The notes beneath the pieces are model-generated. The model was not told the DNA's origin and did not search any database. It saw nothing but the letters and a program-made list of their open reading frames with translations. A DNA stretch of 64,000 bases, taken from the NCBI GenBank assembly GCA_051599415.1, contig AP039699.1:434001-498000 (forward strand), in the 5' to 3' direction. Positions 53,674-64,000 of this stretch are shown here, piece by piece. Source of the DNA: Savitreella phatthalungensis (taxonomy: Eukaryota). The position numbers were made by a program, and so were the translations under genes. How positions within the stretch are numbered: the stretch's first letter is position 1; each line of letters opens with the position of its first letter.

Positions 53674-54435
53674 TTAGAAATCCTCGTCAAGATCGTGGTC
53701 AAAGCCGTATTCATCGTCGCTGTAGCGTTCCGAGCTATCGGAGCCAATGACGTCTTCTTCATCACTGGTGTCAAACTCCTCCTCGTCAGGATAGTCGTTG
53801 CCCTGCCAACTTTCAGCATTACTATCTTCCGAGTCGTGATCATCCTCTGGCTCAAGTCCATCCCCATCAGCCTCGATCGAGCCACTAAGCTCGAAGTGCT
53901 CGAGGAGCCCATAATTACTTCGAAGAGCATCCTGAGCAGAGCACAGAGCATCAACCGTTTCAACTGGGTAATAGAGATCGTAGACCCACTCCTCATCAGA
54001 AGTACTCGAATGAATGGAGGTCCCTGTCGATGCAGCGTCACCTGCGAGAAACTCGTCAACGAGCGCCATGTGGGCTGCATTTGGCGCTAGATGATCATCC
54101 ACATGCCCAGCCGTCCGGCGAAGTCGCGTCGGACGATCGTAGGATCGTGGACCGGAGGCAGTATGCACGCTCTCTTGTCGCTCGAGATCAAGGATTAGCG
54201 TGCTGTTCTCTTCACTGAGGCTCTTTCGCTTGCGAAGCGCGAAGCGTGGCACTTCCGTTTGTGTCAAAGTCGAACTCGTCGCCGGAGTCGGCCCGGAAAG
54301 TTGCCAGACCCGTCGACGCTTAGTCGGCGAATCATCTAAGTCCGTGGGATCGTCGGGTATGGCAAGAAGTGCAATGACTGGGTCGTCCGTCCTTTTGCGC
54401 TTGATGCGCAGCAACGGCACAGGAGCGCCAGTCAT
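53674..54435 (-). CDS. IWR1: RNA polymerase II nuclear import factor Iwr1
   Basis: LRIKRKRTDDP N-terminal motif; EEWVYDLYY; DHDSEDSNAE...NDYPDEEE. Confidence 0.9.
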   Translation of the reverse strand: MTGAPVPLLRIKRKRTDDPVIALLAIPDDPTDLDDSPTKRRRVWQLSGPTPATSSTLTQTEVPRFALRKRKSLSEENSTLILDLERQESVHTASGPRSYDRPTRLRRTAGHVDDHLAPNAAHMALVDEFLAGDAASTGTSIHSSTSDEEWVYDLYYPVETVDALCSAQDALRSNYGLLEHFELSGSIEADGDGLEPEDDHDSEDSNAESWQGNDYPDEEEFDTSDEEDVIGSDSSERYSDDEYGFDHDLDEDF

Positions 54436-54994
54436 TGAGATGACTCAACGTGACCAGCGAGAGATCGATTGCTTCATGGACGTGCTCTGACTCGGTCCTG
54501 CACAGCGTGCGATCTCATGGCCGTGATCAAGCAAACGTACAAGCTTAAGCGTAAAAGGCGAATTTGTTCGTGTTCATTGAGCTGATATTGATTCGTCGAT
54601 CGTGTGATGCTGGATTTAATCGTTTCTCGAAGATAAATAATCAACTATAGTAAAGGCTAATTACGACATATTATCACCATGCAAAAACTAGGTGAAAACA
54701 CCGTGCAGACTCGAGGTGTACGTACTAAGTGTGCAATCACATTTCGAACGCGGCGTGCAAACCATAACCTGCCAGCATGTTCACCTGGCGTAGACGAGGG
54801 GAATATGCGTATTGGACGACAGTCATGCTAGGTCGAAGGTGTGTCACTTGTGATCAGAAAACGTCTCAATCAAATGGATAAGTACGTGTGTAATTGGTTC
54901 ATGAAGTGCATGCATGCCGTCAATGTGAGCTTGACCGACATCTTGCTGGAATGTTATGCGAGCGCACTCGGGGCATCATTCAGACCCGCTGGTT

Positions 54995-57900
54995 TCACGA
55001 CAGATGGAAGCTACCGCCACCTTCTCGCATGGCAACCATGAGCTTGCTTCGTAGGACTTGTTCAGACGAGTAATCCGGCAGCTTGAGGTAATTGACACAG
55101 GTCATGACGCTGGGTAGATAGTCATCAGGTCCCAATGGATGGTCGTGCGGTTTGCACACAACGGTGAGTTGAGGCGTCAGATTCTTGAATCCGCCGACTG
55201 GGAGTCGCGGTGACCCCGTGACAAATTGGAGGAATTGGCGACGGCTCACATCATCAAGGCTCGCAAGCACACCGATGAGGTTTTTTATCGATGGCGAAGA
55301 GCCGGTGAAACCATGATCGGCGTGAATGTATTCAGAAAGTGTCGCCTCCGTCCAGTCTTCCGGCGCTTGGCCGAACAGCATGACAAGTTCGTGGGGCGTG
55401 AAAGCGCGCAAGGCGGCGAAGGGAAAGACACTGCTGAAGCCATCCCTGAAAGCTGCAACCTGACGCGCTATGCCTCGCCCGAGCGAAACATCGAGCACGT
55501 TCTCGATGTATTGTCCAATATTGTGCTGCGTCACCTCTTCTGAAGCTCCGTTCGGAATGAGTTCGATCTCGGGGAAACCGGGCATCGTGAAGTCGAGCCC
55601 GAGATCTGCGAGGGAAACGCCATCGATCACGATGGGCTCTGAAGATCTTCCAGCTGACTGTTTCTCAGCCTCACGCGCAAAGCCTTCGAGTAGCGAGAGC
55701 GATTTAGCGAGGCTACGGTCGACGCGAGCGAGACTTGCAAGAGAAGGTTTCGAAAGCGTATCGATAGCAATCCGAATGAACTCAACATTCAAGACAATGT
55801 CGACGATACGGGAATCAAGCAAAGCTCTTGCCAAGAACGTGCCGAGCGTCTGGAAGAGAGCCAAGACCCGCTTGTTGTGCTCTGCCGCTCGTCCGGTATC
55901 TGGCCCAAGTGGCCGCGGGAACAGACCTGTGGTCGCCAGAACGTGTTCAAACTTGGTATGAGGCTGTGACTCGTCCCTCCATAAATGCAATTTGCGCCTC
56001 CCAAAATCACGAGAGACGGTGGCATAGAACTCGAGCGTCGGCCCGAGACCTGTGCCGACCTCGTCAAAATACTCGACTTCTAGCATTGCCGGGCTCGATC
56101 CGTATAGCTCCATGACTTTGACGGCACTTTCCAGCATTCGTGATCGTGAAATCCTGACCTTTTGTCGTTGGAGGCGACCTAAAAAAGCGCGAGCGTCGTC
56201 GCCACCACGGCCAGTCTTTGGCTGGCGCTGTTGCCATCGTGACATCGAACGCGAATAACCAAAGCTTGTTGACTGTAAGAACAAATATCGACTCTCAAAG
56301 GGGAAGAGGAAGGGATATGCTCTTGGCAGCTCTTCGGCCCATCGAGGCAGGGCTGAGGACGCAACGATCAGTGGCTCTTCGAGCTGACGATTGAGCTTCG
56401 CAGTTAATTTGCCATTGACAAATTGGTCCGTAAGATCGAGCGAATCAGGCGTAGCCGTGCTTTCACTGATTCGCAATGCGTGAATGCTCGAGAGGAGCTC
56501 GAATAGAGGCTGCATCTCTGGATTGATAACAGACGAGTCGATCGAGCCGTTCAAAGGGATCTCTGCAAGCGCCAGTCCTCTCGGGTCAGGCGCCGGACCC
56601 GCTGCTTTGCGGAATTTCACCAGATACAGACTAGTTCCGGGCATGCCGAAAGTAGATGCGTCGGCCACAGCAGAGGAATTGATCACGGCACCGTAGATTG
56701 TGGTCTCGGGAGCAATGACCGCTCCATCCACCTCAAACTGTAAATGCCAATCTTGAGGAGCGCTTTGTGCAGCAGCTGCATAGCTCATACTCCGACCTGC
56801 TGGAGCCGGCGACAAAGCCGGGCGCTGTCCCGCGGTCCGTGTGCTCCGCGACGGCTCGGATATCCCGCTAGGCATTTCTGATCGAGTTTTTGCGGTGTCA
56901 TCAACCGCGAATTCGACATTGACAGCGGCCGCAGTTTCGTCGTCTGGTTGCGCGCCGACTTGCGCATCGGTTTCCGCAAACAACTGCGATGCGCTCAACC
57001 CTGCAGATGCAAGGCGATTTCGAATGGAGTCCGACAGATTCGCGTCTGCGGCCATGAGCTGCGCAAGTGCGCTCGTAACAGTCTCAGCGGTGCGGACGGC
57101 GGGATCGCCCGATGAAGCTGCGCTCCGCGGCGTTCCTGTCACATGTGGCGTTCCAGTCTTTGGGCTTCGCACCGGCCCAAATCCAGCCGCCACACGAGGA
57201 CGCAGGTAGTCGTCGAGAGCCTTGAAGGTCGCAATTGCATGGATACTGACCACGAGAGTCTGATAAGGTCTCGGAATGTCGTTTGAATCGTCGGCAACAA
57301 GCTTGAGCCGAATCTGCTTGGCCAATACATTCGAAAGCTCTCGGTCGTCGGAGGATGCATCGGCAGTCCGGACCTCAAAATTCTCGCTTCGGCTGAGCAA
57401 TTCCTGCGTCTTCAATGTCAGGACAGCCAAGTCATCTGCCGTTATGGCAGCGCTGAAGGTCGCGCGACCCAACGGACTTTTGAGGACTTTCGACAGACAA
57501 ATAAGAACGCCTGACGAGGCGAGATAGTGCGACGAAATGTCGCGTCTGACGAATTTGGCCAGATCATCGAAAGCCTCGAGCTCGCCACCCTCGATTCTTG
57601 TCGCTATGTTGCGAAGCTGTCCCAAGGAGTCATCTGTGACAGTTTCCAGAGAGCGCAAATTCTCGGCATGCTCAAGAAGAAATCCAGCAGCATTAGCTCG
57701 GAGACCGGCATTTGCCTCGTCTTCCGACAGCGTGTCGAACGACTCGATCCGTGCAACGCAGCCTTCCGTGACAAGTCGTTGGGTGTAAATGTGTCTTGCT
57801 TTCATTTGGAGTAACCTTGCAAGCCGAACGCCGTCAGTTGCCAAGCTTTTGTCGTGCGCACTCAGAACACCTGCGACAAAGCTCGCGAGCGGCAGATCGT

Positions 57901-59677
57901 CTACAAGCTCCACCAGAAAAGCAGCCGACAGGTGAGTGAGGAGCCTGATGATCGAAAGAAGACTGGAGCGGCGGATGCTGGCATCGACGGTAGAGCTGTG
58001 TATATCCATCAATGTTGGCAGCATGACCCAGGCAAAATCGTGGTATGCCAATTTGGCATCTCGTTCAAATTTGACCGCGCGATCATCCACAGAGCCTTCA
58101 TCTGTCGATGTTGGTAGAAGAGCAGAGACGAGATTCAACACCTCGATTACCTGCTCGCGAGGCATTCGGACCATAGATTGCAGCACGACGATTCCGTTCG
58201 CCTTTCGAGAGGTTGCATCAGCTGGCTTGTCAAGGCCGGTCAAAAGCTGATATAAGACGCCCACAATGTCGATGCAAAGCATATCGAGCGCCAATCTGAT
58301 AGACACAGCCGCGCTTAGACCGAGAGCATGCAAGAGCCGTGTTCTTGTGCCGTCGCCAATTATACCGGACTGAGCGAGCGGAGATAGAAGGGAGACCACG
58401 TTCGCAAGGAGACTCTGATCGAAAAGCTCTTCGAGCCTCTCCGGCATATTGCGAAAGGCTGCGATGATGCGCGTCAAGCACAGACAGGCAGCCTCTACGA
58501 CCTTCGAGTCCGACCCGTTAACAATTGTGCAGAGCATTGGAACGGCATCCCTGATGCTAGGGAAAGCATCTACAGGAATGCTCGAGGCGCAATTTGCAGC
58601 AGTATTGACAGCCGTCCGTTGCACATTTGTAGAGAAGAAGTCGAGATAGGCCAGACATGCATTCAAACCGCCTTCCCGCACGACAGATGCGGGATAGTCC
58701 TTAGATATCTTCTCCAGAGTCGACAGAGCTTGCTCAGCAAGATCGATGTACTGAATTTCAAGTAGCTTTTGACATAGCACCGGGATGGCACCACCGTACG
58801 CGACATTGGCTGTCGATGCGGGTAAGGCCTCCATGAGATTGGCTAAGCAGCGACAAGCGAGCAGCATCATCTCTGGGTTGTCCTCACCGAAGGCATCTGG
58901 CCCGCGCATAATAGTAACCAAAGGAGAGACTAGACCATCTATTGAGATGTAACCTGCGAGCGAATCTTCCGTTGAAATGGACAAAAGATTGGCAAGCTCT
59001 CCAAGCGCGATAAGCTGCAAGGTCGGGTCACCAGAGTTGAGCTGCTCGAGTATATTGCGGAATATGCCGCCGCTGGCATTCGATAGACCTGCGCCGAAGA
59101 ATGACCCAATGCCGATTCTGCGTGATGACGGATGACCGTCATCATCTTGATCGTCCTCTCCCTCGTCGTCGTCGTCATCGTCGTCATCTTCATCATCATC
59201 ATCATCATCATCTTCATCTTCATCATCTTCTTCTTCCTCTTCTTCCTCATCGTCTTCGTGGTCAACATCGTGGTAATCTCCATCATCTGCATTATCACCA
59301 GGAATGTCTCCATCGTCGTCCTTGTCGAGACCTTCGCGATCATGCTGGGCTTCACCATCACCAGAAAGAGTCTCTTCATTCTCGGACTTAGAGATAACGA
59401 TACTGTTCAAATCGTTGTCGGAGCCCCCAGCGTGGTATACATGCTCTGGCGCATCGACAGAATTGGCGGCCACGCTTGAAAAATCTGAGCAGTCATGCAA
59501 CTTGCTTGAGGAGCTCCGATTCGCCACCCGATCTTTTCCAAGATTCTGTTGCGTAAACGGTGGCGACGATCTTGGAGACTGACGAGATGATCGTGGGCCT
59601 GCACCAATGGATTGTTCCAATTGAAGCAGCTCATCGTTGCGTCCTTTTCGGGAGCTGCGTCGTCGTGACTGGGCCAT
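54995..59677 (-). CDS. UFD4: HECT E3 ubiquitin ligase Ufd4 (TRIP12)
   Basis: Acidic N-terminus; ARM region MLLACRCLANLMEALP, IQYIDLAEQALSTLEKIS; KLTAKLNRQLEEP; EVGTGLGPTLEFY; LPSVMTCVNYLKLPDY; GSFHLS end. Confidence 0.97.
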   Translation of the reverse strand: MAQSRRRSSRKGRNDELLQLEQSIGAGPRSSRQSPRSSPPFTQQNLGKDRVANRSSSSKLHDCSDFSSVAANSVDAPEHVYHAGGSDNDLNSIVISKSENEETLSGDGEAQHDREGLDKDDDGDIPGDNADDGDYHDVDHEDDEEEEEEEDDEDEDDDDDDDEDDDDDDDDEGEDDQDDDGHPSSRRIGIGSFFGAGLSNASGGIFRNILEQLNSGDPTLQLIALGELANLLSISTEDSLAGYISIDGLVSPLVTIMRGPDAFGEDNPEMMLLACRCLANLMEALPASTANVAYGGAIPVLCQKLLEIQYIDLAEQALSTLEKISKDYPASVVREGGLNACLAYLDFFSTNVQRTAVNTAANCASSIPVDAFPSIRDAVPMLCTIVNGSDSKVVEAACLCLTRIIAAFRNMPERLEELFDQSLLANVVSLLSPLAQSGIIGDGTRTRLLHALGLSAAVSIRLALDMLCIDIVGVLYQLLTGLDKPADATSRKANGIVVLQSMVRMPREQVIEVLNLVSALLPTSTDEGSVDDRAVKFERDAKLAYHDFAWVMLPTLMDIHSSTVDASIRRSSLLSIIRLLTHLSAAFLVELVDDLPLASFVAGVLSAHDKSLATDGVRLARLLQMKARHIYTQRLVTEGCVARIESFDTLSEDEANAGLRANAAGFLLEHAENLRSLETVTDDSLGQLRNIATRIEGGELEAFDDLAKFVRRDISSHYLASSGVLICLSKVLKSPLGRATFSAAITADDLAVLTLKTQELLSRSENFEVRTADASSDDRELSNVLAKQIRLKLVADDSNDIPRPYQTLVVSIHAIATFKALDDYLRPRVAAGFGPVRSPKTGTPHVTGTPRSAASSGDPAVRTAETVTSALAQLMAADANLSDSIRNRLASAGLSASQLFAETDAQVGAQPDDETAAAVNVEFAVDDTAKTRSEMPSGISEPSRSTRTAGQRPALSPAPAGRSMSYAAAAQSAPQDWHLQFEVDGAVIAPETTIYGAVINSSAVADASTFGMPGTSLYLVKFRKAAGPAPDPRGLALAEIPLNGSIDSSVINPEMQPLFELLSSIHALRISESTATPDSLDLTDQFVNGKLTAKLNRQLEEPLIVASSALPRWAEELPRAYPFLFPFESRYLFLQSTSFGYSRSMSRWQQRQPKTGRGGDDARAFLGRLQRQKVRISRSRMLESAVKVMELYGSSPAMLEVEYFDEVGTGLGPTLEFYATVSRDFGRRKLHLWRDESQPHTKFEHVLATTGLFPRPLGPDTGRAAEHNKRVLALFQTLGTFLARALLDSRIVDIVLNVEFIRIAIDTLSKPSLASLARVDRSLAKSLSLLEGFAREAEKQSAGRSSEPIVIDGVSLADLGLDFTMPGFPEIELIPNGASEEVTQHNIGQYIENVLDVSLGRGIARQVAAFRDGFSSVFPFAALRAFTPHELVMLFGQAPEDWTEATLSEYIHADHGFTGSSPSIKNLIGVLASLDDVSRRQFLQFVTGSPRLPVGGFKNLTPQLTVVCKPHDHPLGPDDYLPSVMTCVNYLKLPDYSSEQVLRSKLMVAMREGGGSFHLS

Positions 59678-60822
59678 CTCGATCGAGCTTGTCAGCGTCG
59701 TTGCTTGCGCAATTGTCTGTTGAGCTGGCTGAGAAGACGACGGCTCGTTGGCAGAAATTCGGTCCTCCTCCTGTGCGTAGTCGTGTCTGGTTTCAAAGTA
59801 AGCGGTCGCACTCGGAGATGCAGATCTCGGATTTGTAGCAATGACAACTCACCTCGGCTTCTTGTGTGGTCTCTGTGGTACTGACGTCGACGAAGATGAG
59901 GACGACATTCAGTCAACTTGACGGCTTGACATGTCTACACCTTTCGCTTCACAGAGCTCAATAGGAGATGAATGCGAAATGATGCGCTCTCCGGAGATGC
60001 TTATCACGAGGTTGGCAGTCGACCGTAGATGTATCTCTGCGCAGATAGTGGGAGCTTCAAGTGAAAGTCAGCAGGCGTTGCTTTGTGATCTATGTGGACA
60101 GACAACAACTGACGTCTTCACGTCACGGCACTTCTTGGTTCTTGTTGCGCGTGAGTACTTCCGCGACGCATGCATATGAGTACGGCTTAAAACGAAGCTT
60201 GAGATTGAATGACAAAACGCAAATGCACAAAACATTGGAAAATATCTATTGATCGATACGATCGTAGATCCGTAGATTATGCGATTGATTAATTTGAATT
60301 GAATTACATATAAATTTTAGGTATGCAAGATTTGAAAGAGATATCGATTGCATGCATGTATCACACAACCCACTGTTTATCCTGTAAAATTGATCTCAAA
60401 TGATAATTGGTGATAGCTACCTTGCAGGTGATATGAGATCGATATACGTGTCTCTAGCTTTATAGGATTCAGTCGCAGACATGGCCGCGGACTCAATAAC
60501 ATTGATCTCAATTGTGATCCTTGGATCGAGTGTACCGCTCGCTTGCATACGCACGTGCTGTACAGTATACGTAATTTTCAGTGGGTTTCGAATTTGATCA
60601 ACTAAATTTCAATCTCCATGTTCAAGCAGAATGCATGCAGCGTTTACGGGCGTGCATTCCATGGTCCAGCTCGAAATGGTCTCGCTTGAGCTGGATCACC
60701 GGCACAGCCGAGACGAGACAATCAGCATGCGCCAAGAACGCAATGGCAGTGTCAGCAGTGACCCTCCACTGACGCTCTCTGTCTGTTTCCTCCAGGAGGT
60801 CACTCGATGTGAGTCGTGAAGG

Positions 60823-62679
60823 ATGCGCTTAAAATCACTCATAGACAGTCAATTCCACCTTTCAAAGAGTTTGGCAAGCCTGCGAAATAACAGACTGGCA
60901 CTCACAATGGCGATCGACACAACGGATAGAGTCGCACGCTTGAGAGCGCTGATGCAAAAGGAGAATCTTCACATGTATGTGGTACCGAGTGAAGATGCTC
61001 ATGCCTCAGAATACACGGCTGAGCGAGACCTTCGTCGGCAATACATCTCCGGGTTTGATGGAAGCGCAGGCCTGGCCCTGATCACACAACATCAGTGCTT
61101 GCTTTGGACCGATGGTCGATACTTCAATCAAGCAGCTCAGCAACTGGATAGTAACTGGACGCTGATGAAACAAGGCTTCGCAGGCGTACCGACGTGGCAA
61201 GAATTTGTTTTGGGCAACGTGCAGCGCAACGGCCGGGTTGGGATCGACGCCACTGTGATCCCACTCTTGGAGGCAACAAGTCTGCAGCGTCAGCTGGCAA
61301 AGCTGGGAGTGGAGCTCGTCGGTGGCAAGATCAACTTGATTGACCAAATCTGGCCCGATCGCCCACCGCCACCTGCGGAGCCTGTCTATAATCATAGCCA
61401 CGCTACAGCTGGGCGCAACAGTGCCGACAAGCTCGCCGACCTTCGAGAGTTCCTGCGCTCTCAGGATGCTGTAGCGTTCATTGTAACATCGGTCGATGAA
61501 GTCTGCTGGCTTTTCAATCTCAGGGGCAGTGACGTTCCCTTCAACCCCGTCTTCTTCTCGTACGCTATCGCCACGCTCGACACATCTGTCATCTATGCTG
61601 ACAAGCTGATTGATCGTGGTCATTTGCCTGAAGAAACGGAAGTGAAGCCTTACGGTCGCTTTTTCCCATCGCTTCATGACCTGCCTGCAGGCAAAATCTT
61701 GATGTCAAATAGGGCTTCGTGGGCGATTGCCAACGCTCTAAAGCAGGTCGAGGCCGTCAAGTCGCCGATCGCAGAGGCAAAGTCCGTGAAGAACGATACC
61801 GAGTTGACTGGTATGCGACAATGTCACATTCGCGATGGCGCGGCGCTTGCAGAATTCTTCTTCGATATGACCAGACTTGCAAGGGATGGTGCGCAACTCG
61901 ACGAGGTCGATGCTGCAGATCTTTTGGAGGGCAAACGTCGTGCTAAGGACAAGTTCGTCGGCCTGTCTTTCCCGACTATTTCATCGACCGGACCAAACGG
62001 AGCTATTATTCATTATCGTCCAGTGAAGGGCGAGTGCGCGATCGTTGACTGGGACGCCATATATTTGTGTGACAGCGGAGCGCAGTATAGAGATGGTACG
62101 ACGGACATCACTCGGACATGGCATTTTGGTCGGCCAAGCGACTTCGAGCGCAAAGCCTTCACTCTGGTTCTCAAAGGCCACATAGCGATCGCGCAGCTCG
62201 TTTTTCCCCGCGGCACGACCGGTTACACCGTCGACAGCCTGGCCAGACAGTTCCTCTGGAAGGAAGGCCTCGATTATTTTCACGGAACCAGTCACGGCGT
62301 GGGGCACTTTCTCAATGTGCACGAGCCTCCCGTGGGTATCGGCACGCGAATCAGCTTCAACGACGTTGCACTCTCACCTGGCAACGTTATCAGTAATGAG
62401 CCAGGGTTCTATCTTGACGGGGAATTTGGAATACGCATCGAGAACATCATTACCTGTCGCCTCAAGCGCACGGAGCACAGATTTGGCGATCGCGACTATC
62501 TCGCGTTCGACACAATCTCCCTGCATCCTCTTTGCCGGACAATGATTGACGTCAACCTGCTGTCAGCGGATGAAATTCGATGGGTCAATGCGTACCATGT
62601 ACAAGTTCTTGAAACGCTTGGCCCCGTCGTGCCCAAGGAAGTGGCAAACTGGCTCACAGATGAGTGCGCCCCGCTCTGA
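60823..62679 (+). CDS. FRA1: Xaa-Pro aminopeptidase P (M24B)
   Basis: VPSEDAHASEY, ISGFDGSAG, WTDGRYF.QA, DSGAQYRDGTTDITRT, HGTSHGVGHFLNVHE, SNEPGFY..GEFGIRIEN. Second in-frame ATG at 60907. Confidence 0.96.
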   Translation: MRLKSLIDSQFHLSKSLASLRNNRLALTMAIDTTDRVARLRALMQKENLHMYVVPSEDAHASEYTAERDLRRQYISGFDGSAGLALITQHQCLLWTDGRYFNQAAQQLDSNWTLMKQGFAGVPTWQEFVLGNVQRNGRVGIDATVIPLLEATSLQRQLAKLGVELVGGKINLIDQIWPDRPPPPAEPVYNHSHATAGRNSADKLADLREFLRSQDAVAFIVTSVDEVCWLFNLRGSDVPFNPVFFSYAIATLDTSVIYADKLIDRGHLPEETEVKPYGRFFPSLHDLPAGKILMSNRASWAIANALKQVEAVKSPIAEAKSVKNDTELTGMRQCHIRDGAALAEFFFDMTRLARDGAQLDEVDAADLLEGKRRAKDKFVGLSFPTISSTGPNGAIIHYRPVKGECAIVDWDAIYLCDSGAQYRDGTTDITRTWHFGRPSDFERKAFTLVLKGHIAIAQLVFPRGTTGYTVDSLARQFLWKEGLDYFHGTSHGVGHFLNVHEPPVGIGTRISFNDVALSPGNVISNEPGFYLDGEFGIRIENIITCRLKRTEHRFGDRDYLAFDTISLHPLCRTMIDVNLLSADEIRWVNAYHVQVLETLGPVVPKEVANWLTDECAPL

Positions 62680-62714
62680 ATTATTCATAATTAGCGCTTG
62701 ACGGACTCGAATCA

Positions 62715-64000
62715 TTATGCCTGTCTAATCATCGCACTATCAAATTGGTTGGCAGCCAGTTGTTGCTCTGCATCTTCAGGCAAAGAAAGCCATCTGGAGG
62801 AGGGAGCGAGTGACGCGGCCCAGTCAAGCACATCCTCGAGCTTGTTCTTCGCCGGCGCGATTAGACCGGTTTGAGACGGAGTCAAGTCGAAGTCAAGGTC
62901 AAAACTTCCGACATGGAAAAGATGGGAAACGATGTCGCCGAGATGCGCGAAATCCTTCATGTCGTCCATGACAGCGCCGTAGACGGACTGCGTAAGGATC
63001 CGGGCGAGTGGACCCCAGGGAATTTCCTGAGGATCGATGTTGTGCTTGTCGACCGGTAGCCAAGCATTGAGCACGCGGCCAGCCGCGGTGAGTTCTGCTG
63101 AGCCGAGCTCGTATGCCTTGCGCCATCCTAACTTTGGCGCAAAGCGAAGTCGCTCAATCACATAAGCATGAAGCCAGCCGGTGAGGATGCCCAATCGCCT
63201 ACGTTCCCGCGGTTCGCGCTCGAATTGAGATGAAAGGCCCACGATTGCTTCTGTGAGACTCGCCCGTAACCCTGCGGGTGCGATGGCTGCAAACGTGATG
63301 CACCCTGCGAGGAAGCTTTTAGGTACGACTGCTGTCTGCTCAGTAGTCAAGAATAATCTGAACGACGGCATCGGTCTGGCTTTAACAACACGCACTCGTA
63401 GACTTTCGAGCCATCTTTGCTCGAGATGCACGTTCTTGAGCACCAACCAGGTGCCACTTCGCGCAGTCAAATCAAGCATCCGCTCTGCCAATGCGATAGA
63501 TTCACCCGCTCCCAAGGATACGGTCTCGAGAGGAGTTCCGCCTGCGGCTGCCTCGACTTCATATGCGGGATCCTGACCTGCATCGGCCACAAGTAGAATC
63601 GGCGTCTCAGCATCCGATTCAGCTTGTATTTGAGCAAGAGTTTTGGGCTCCAGCTCAGTGCCGGTGTAGTCCCTCAAGGTTCTGTCCAAAGCAATGTGTG
63701 ACTGTTGCCATTCGGTTTGTTGCTCAGCGCCGACAGCTAAAAGACGTGCAAGACTTATCTTTAGGTCAACAACATGCTTTGGCAGGAGACTTGCCGACGC
63801 AGTTGATAAAGTCTCCTCGATGAGACTCGGCAAAAACTCGGCCCTGCGCGCAAGCGCGCGCCTAAGCATAGTGGTGAACCAAGCGAGTTTGAATGTATAG
63901 AGTGGAGAAAGCCCGCAAATGGTCTGCAGAATCTCGTACACAGCCGCAGTAGACGTGGCGTCGTGTTCGTATTGGTCCGTTACAGCTTGAATCTGAGCGA
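62715..64000 (-). CDS. DYN1: Cytoplasmic dynein heavy chain, C-terminal part (AAA6 region); gene continues beyond the window
   Basis: Frame is open to the window edge; SPLYTFKLAWF, PILLV..GQDP, GTWLVLKNVHL..WL, FRLFLTTE, WLHAYVIERLRF..GWRKAYE, IPW, VYG. Confidence 0.9.
   Translation of the reverse strand, partial: AQIQAVTDQYEHDATSTAAVYEILQTICGLSPLYTFKLAWFTTMLRRALARRAEFLPSLIEETLSTASASLLPKHVVDLKISLARLLAVGAEQQTEWQQSHIALDRTLRDYTGTELEPKTLAQIQAESDAETPILLVADAGQDPAYEVEAAAGGTPLETVSLGAGESIALAERMLDLTARSGTWLVLKNVHLEQRWLESLRVRVVKARPMPSFRLFLTTEQTAVVPKSFLAGCITFAAIAPAGLRASLTEAIVGLSSQFEREPRERRRLGILTGWLHAYVIERLRFAPKLGWRKAYELGSAELTAAGRVLNAWLPVDKHNIDPQEIPWGPLARILTQSVYGAVMDDMKDFAHLGDIVSHLFHVGSFDLDFDLTPSQTGLIAPAKNKLEDVLDWAASLAPSSRWLSLPEDAEQQLAANQFDSAMIRQA

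Noticed and set aside
59101..59479. Poly-His, poly-Ile and poly-Met ORFs
   Set aside because: Antisense or alternative frames of the Asp/Glu tract of UFD4.
1..64000. tRNA, rRNA, spliceosomal snRNA genes and transposase/RT ORFs
   Set aside because: None recognised by eye; absence not confirmed without tRNAscan-SE or Infernal.

Overview
Gene-dense, almost intron-free fungal (eukaryotic) genomic DNA. The gene set (Git3-type GPCR, Elf1/New1, Gef2-like GEF, DNAJC9, PsuG-PsuK fusion, velvet-like protein) and the compact layout suggest an early-diverging ascomycete such as Taphrinomycotina; this is inference only. I can support 27 protein-coding genes, mostly housekeeping: partial DOA10, PRE3, ARP8, D-amino acid oxidase, an SDR, a sugar porter, a GPCR, GOS1, an NSRP1-like gene, SVF1, a RhoGEF, NEW1/elf1, DUF4336, LSB3/YSC84, DBP10, a DnaJ, LEU5, PsuG/PsuK, CAP1, an aspartic protease, IWR1, UFD4, aminopeptidase P and the 3' end of dynein heavy chain. 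Only two short introns were found. Most notable: (1) a peroxisomal-type Lon gene that stops just before the AAA+ module yet ends in a PTS1 (SKL), a candidate split or non-catalytic Lon; (2) a ~700-nt hairpin-dense minus-strand spacer between the PsuG/K stop and the LEU5 start, whose core resembles a telomerase RNA and predicts a TTAGGC-like repeat; (3) an Atp25 reduced to its RsfS half, back-to-back with the half-Lon; (4) a ~1.2-kb putative non-autonomous DNA transposon carrying two microsatellites; (5) a highly divergent velvet-domain protein. All calls come from motif recognition and hand folding, without database searches.
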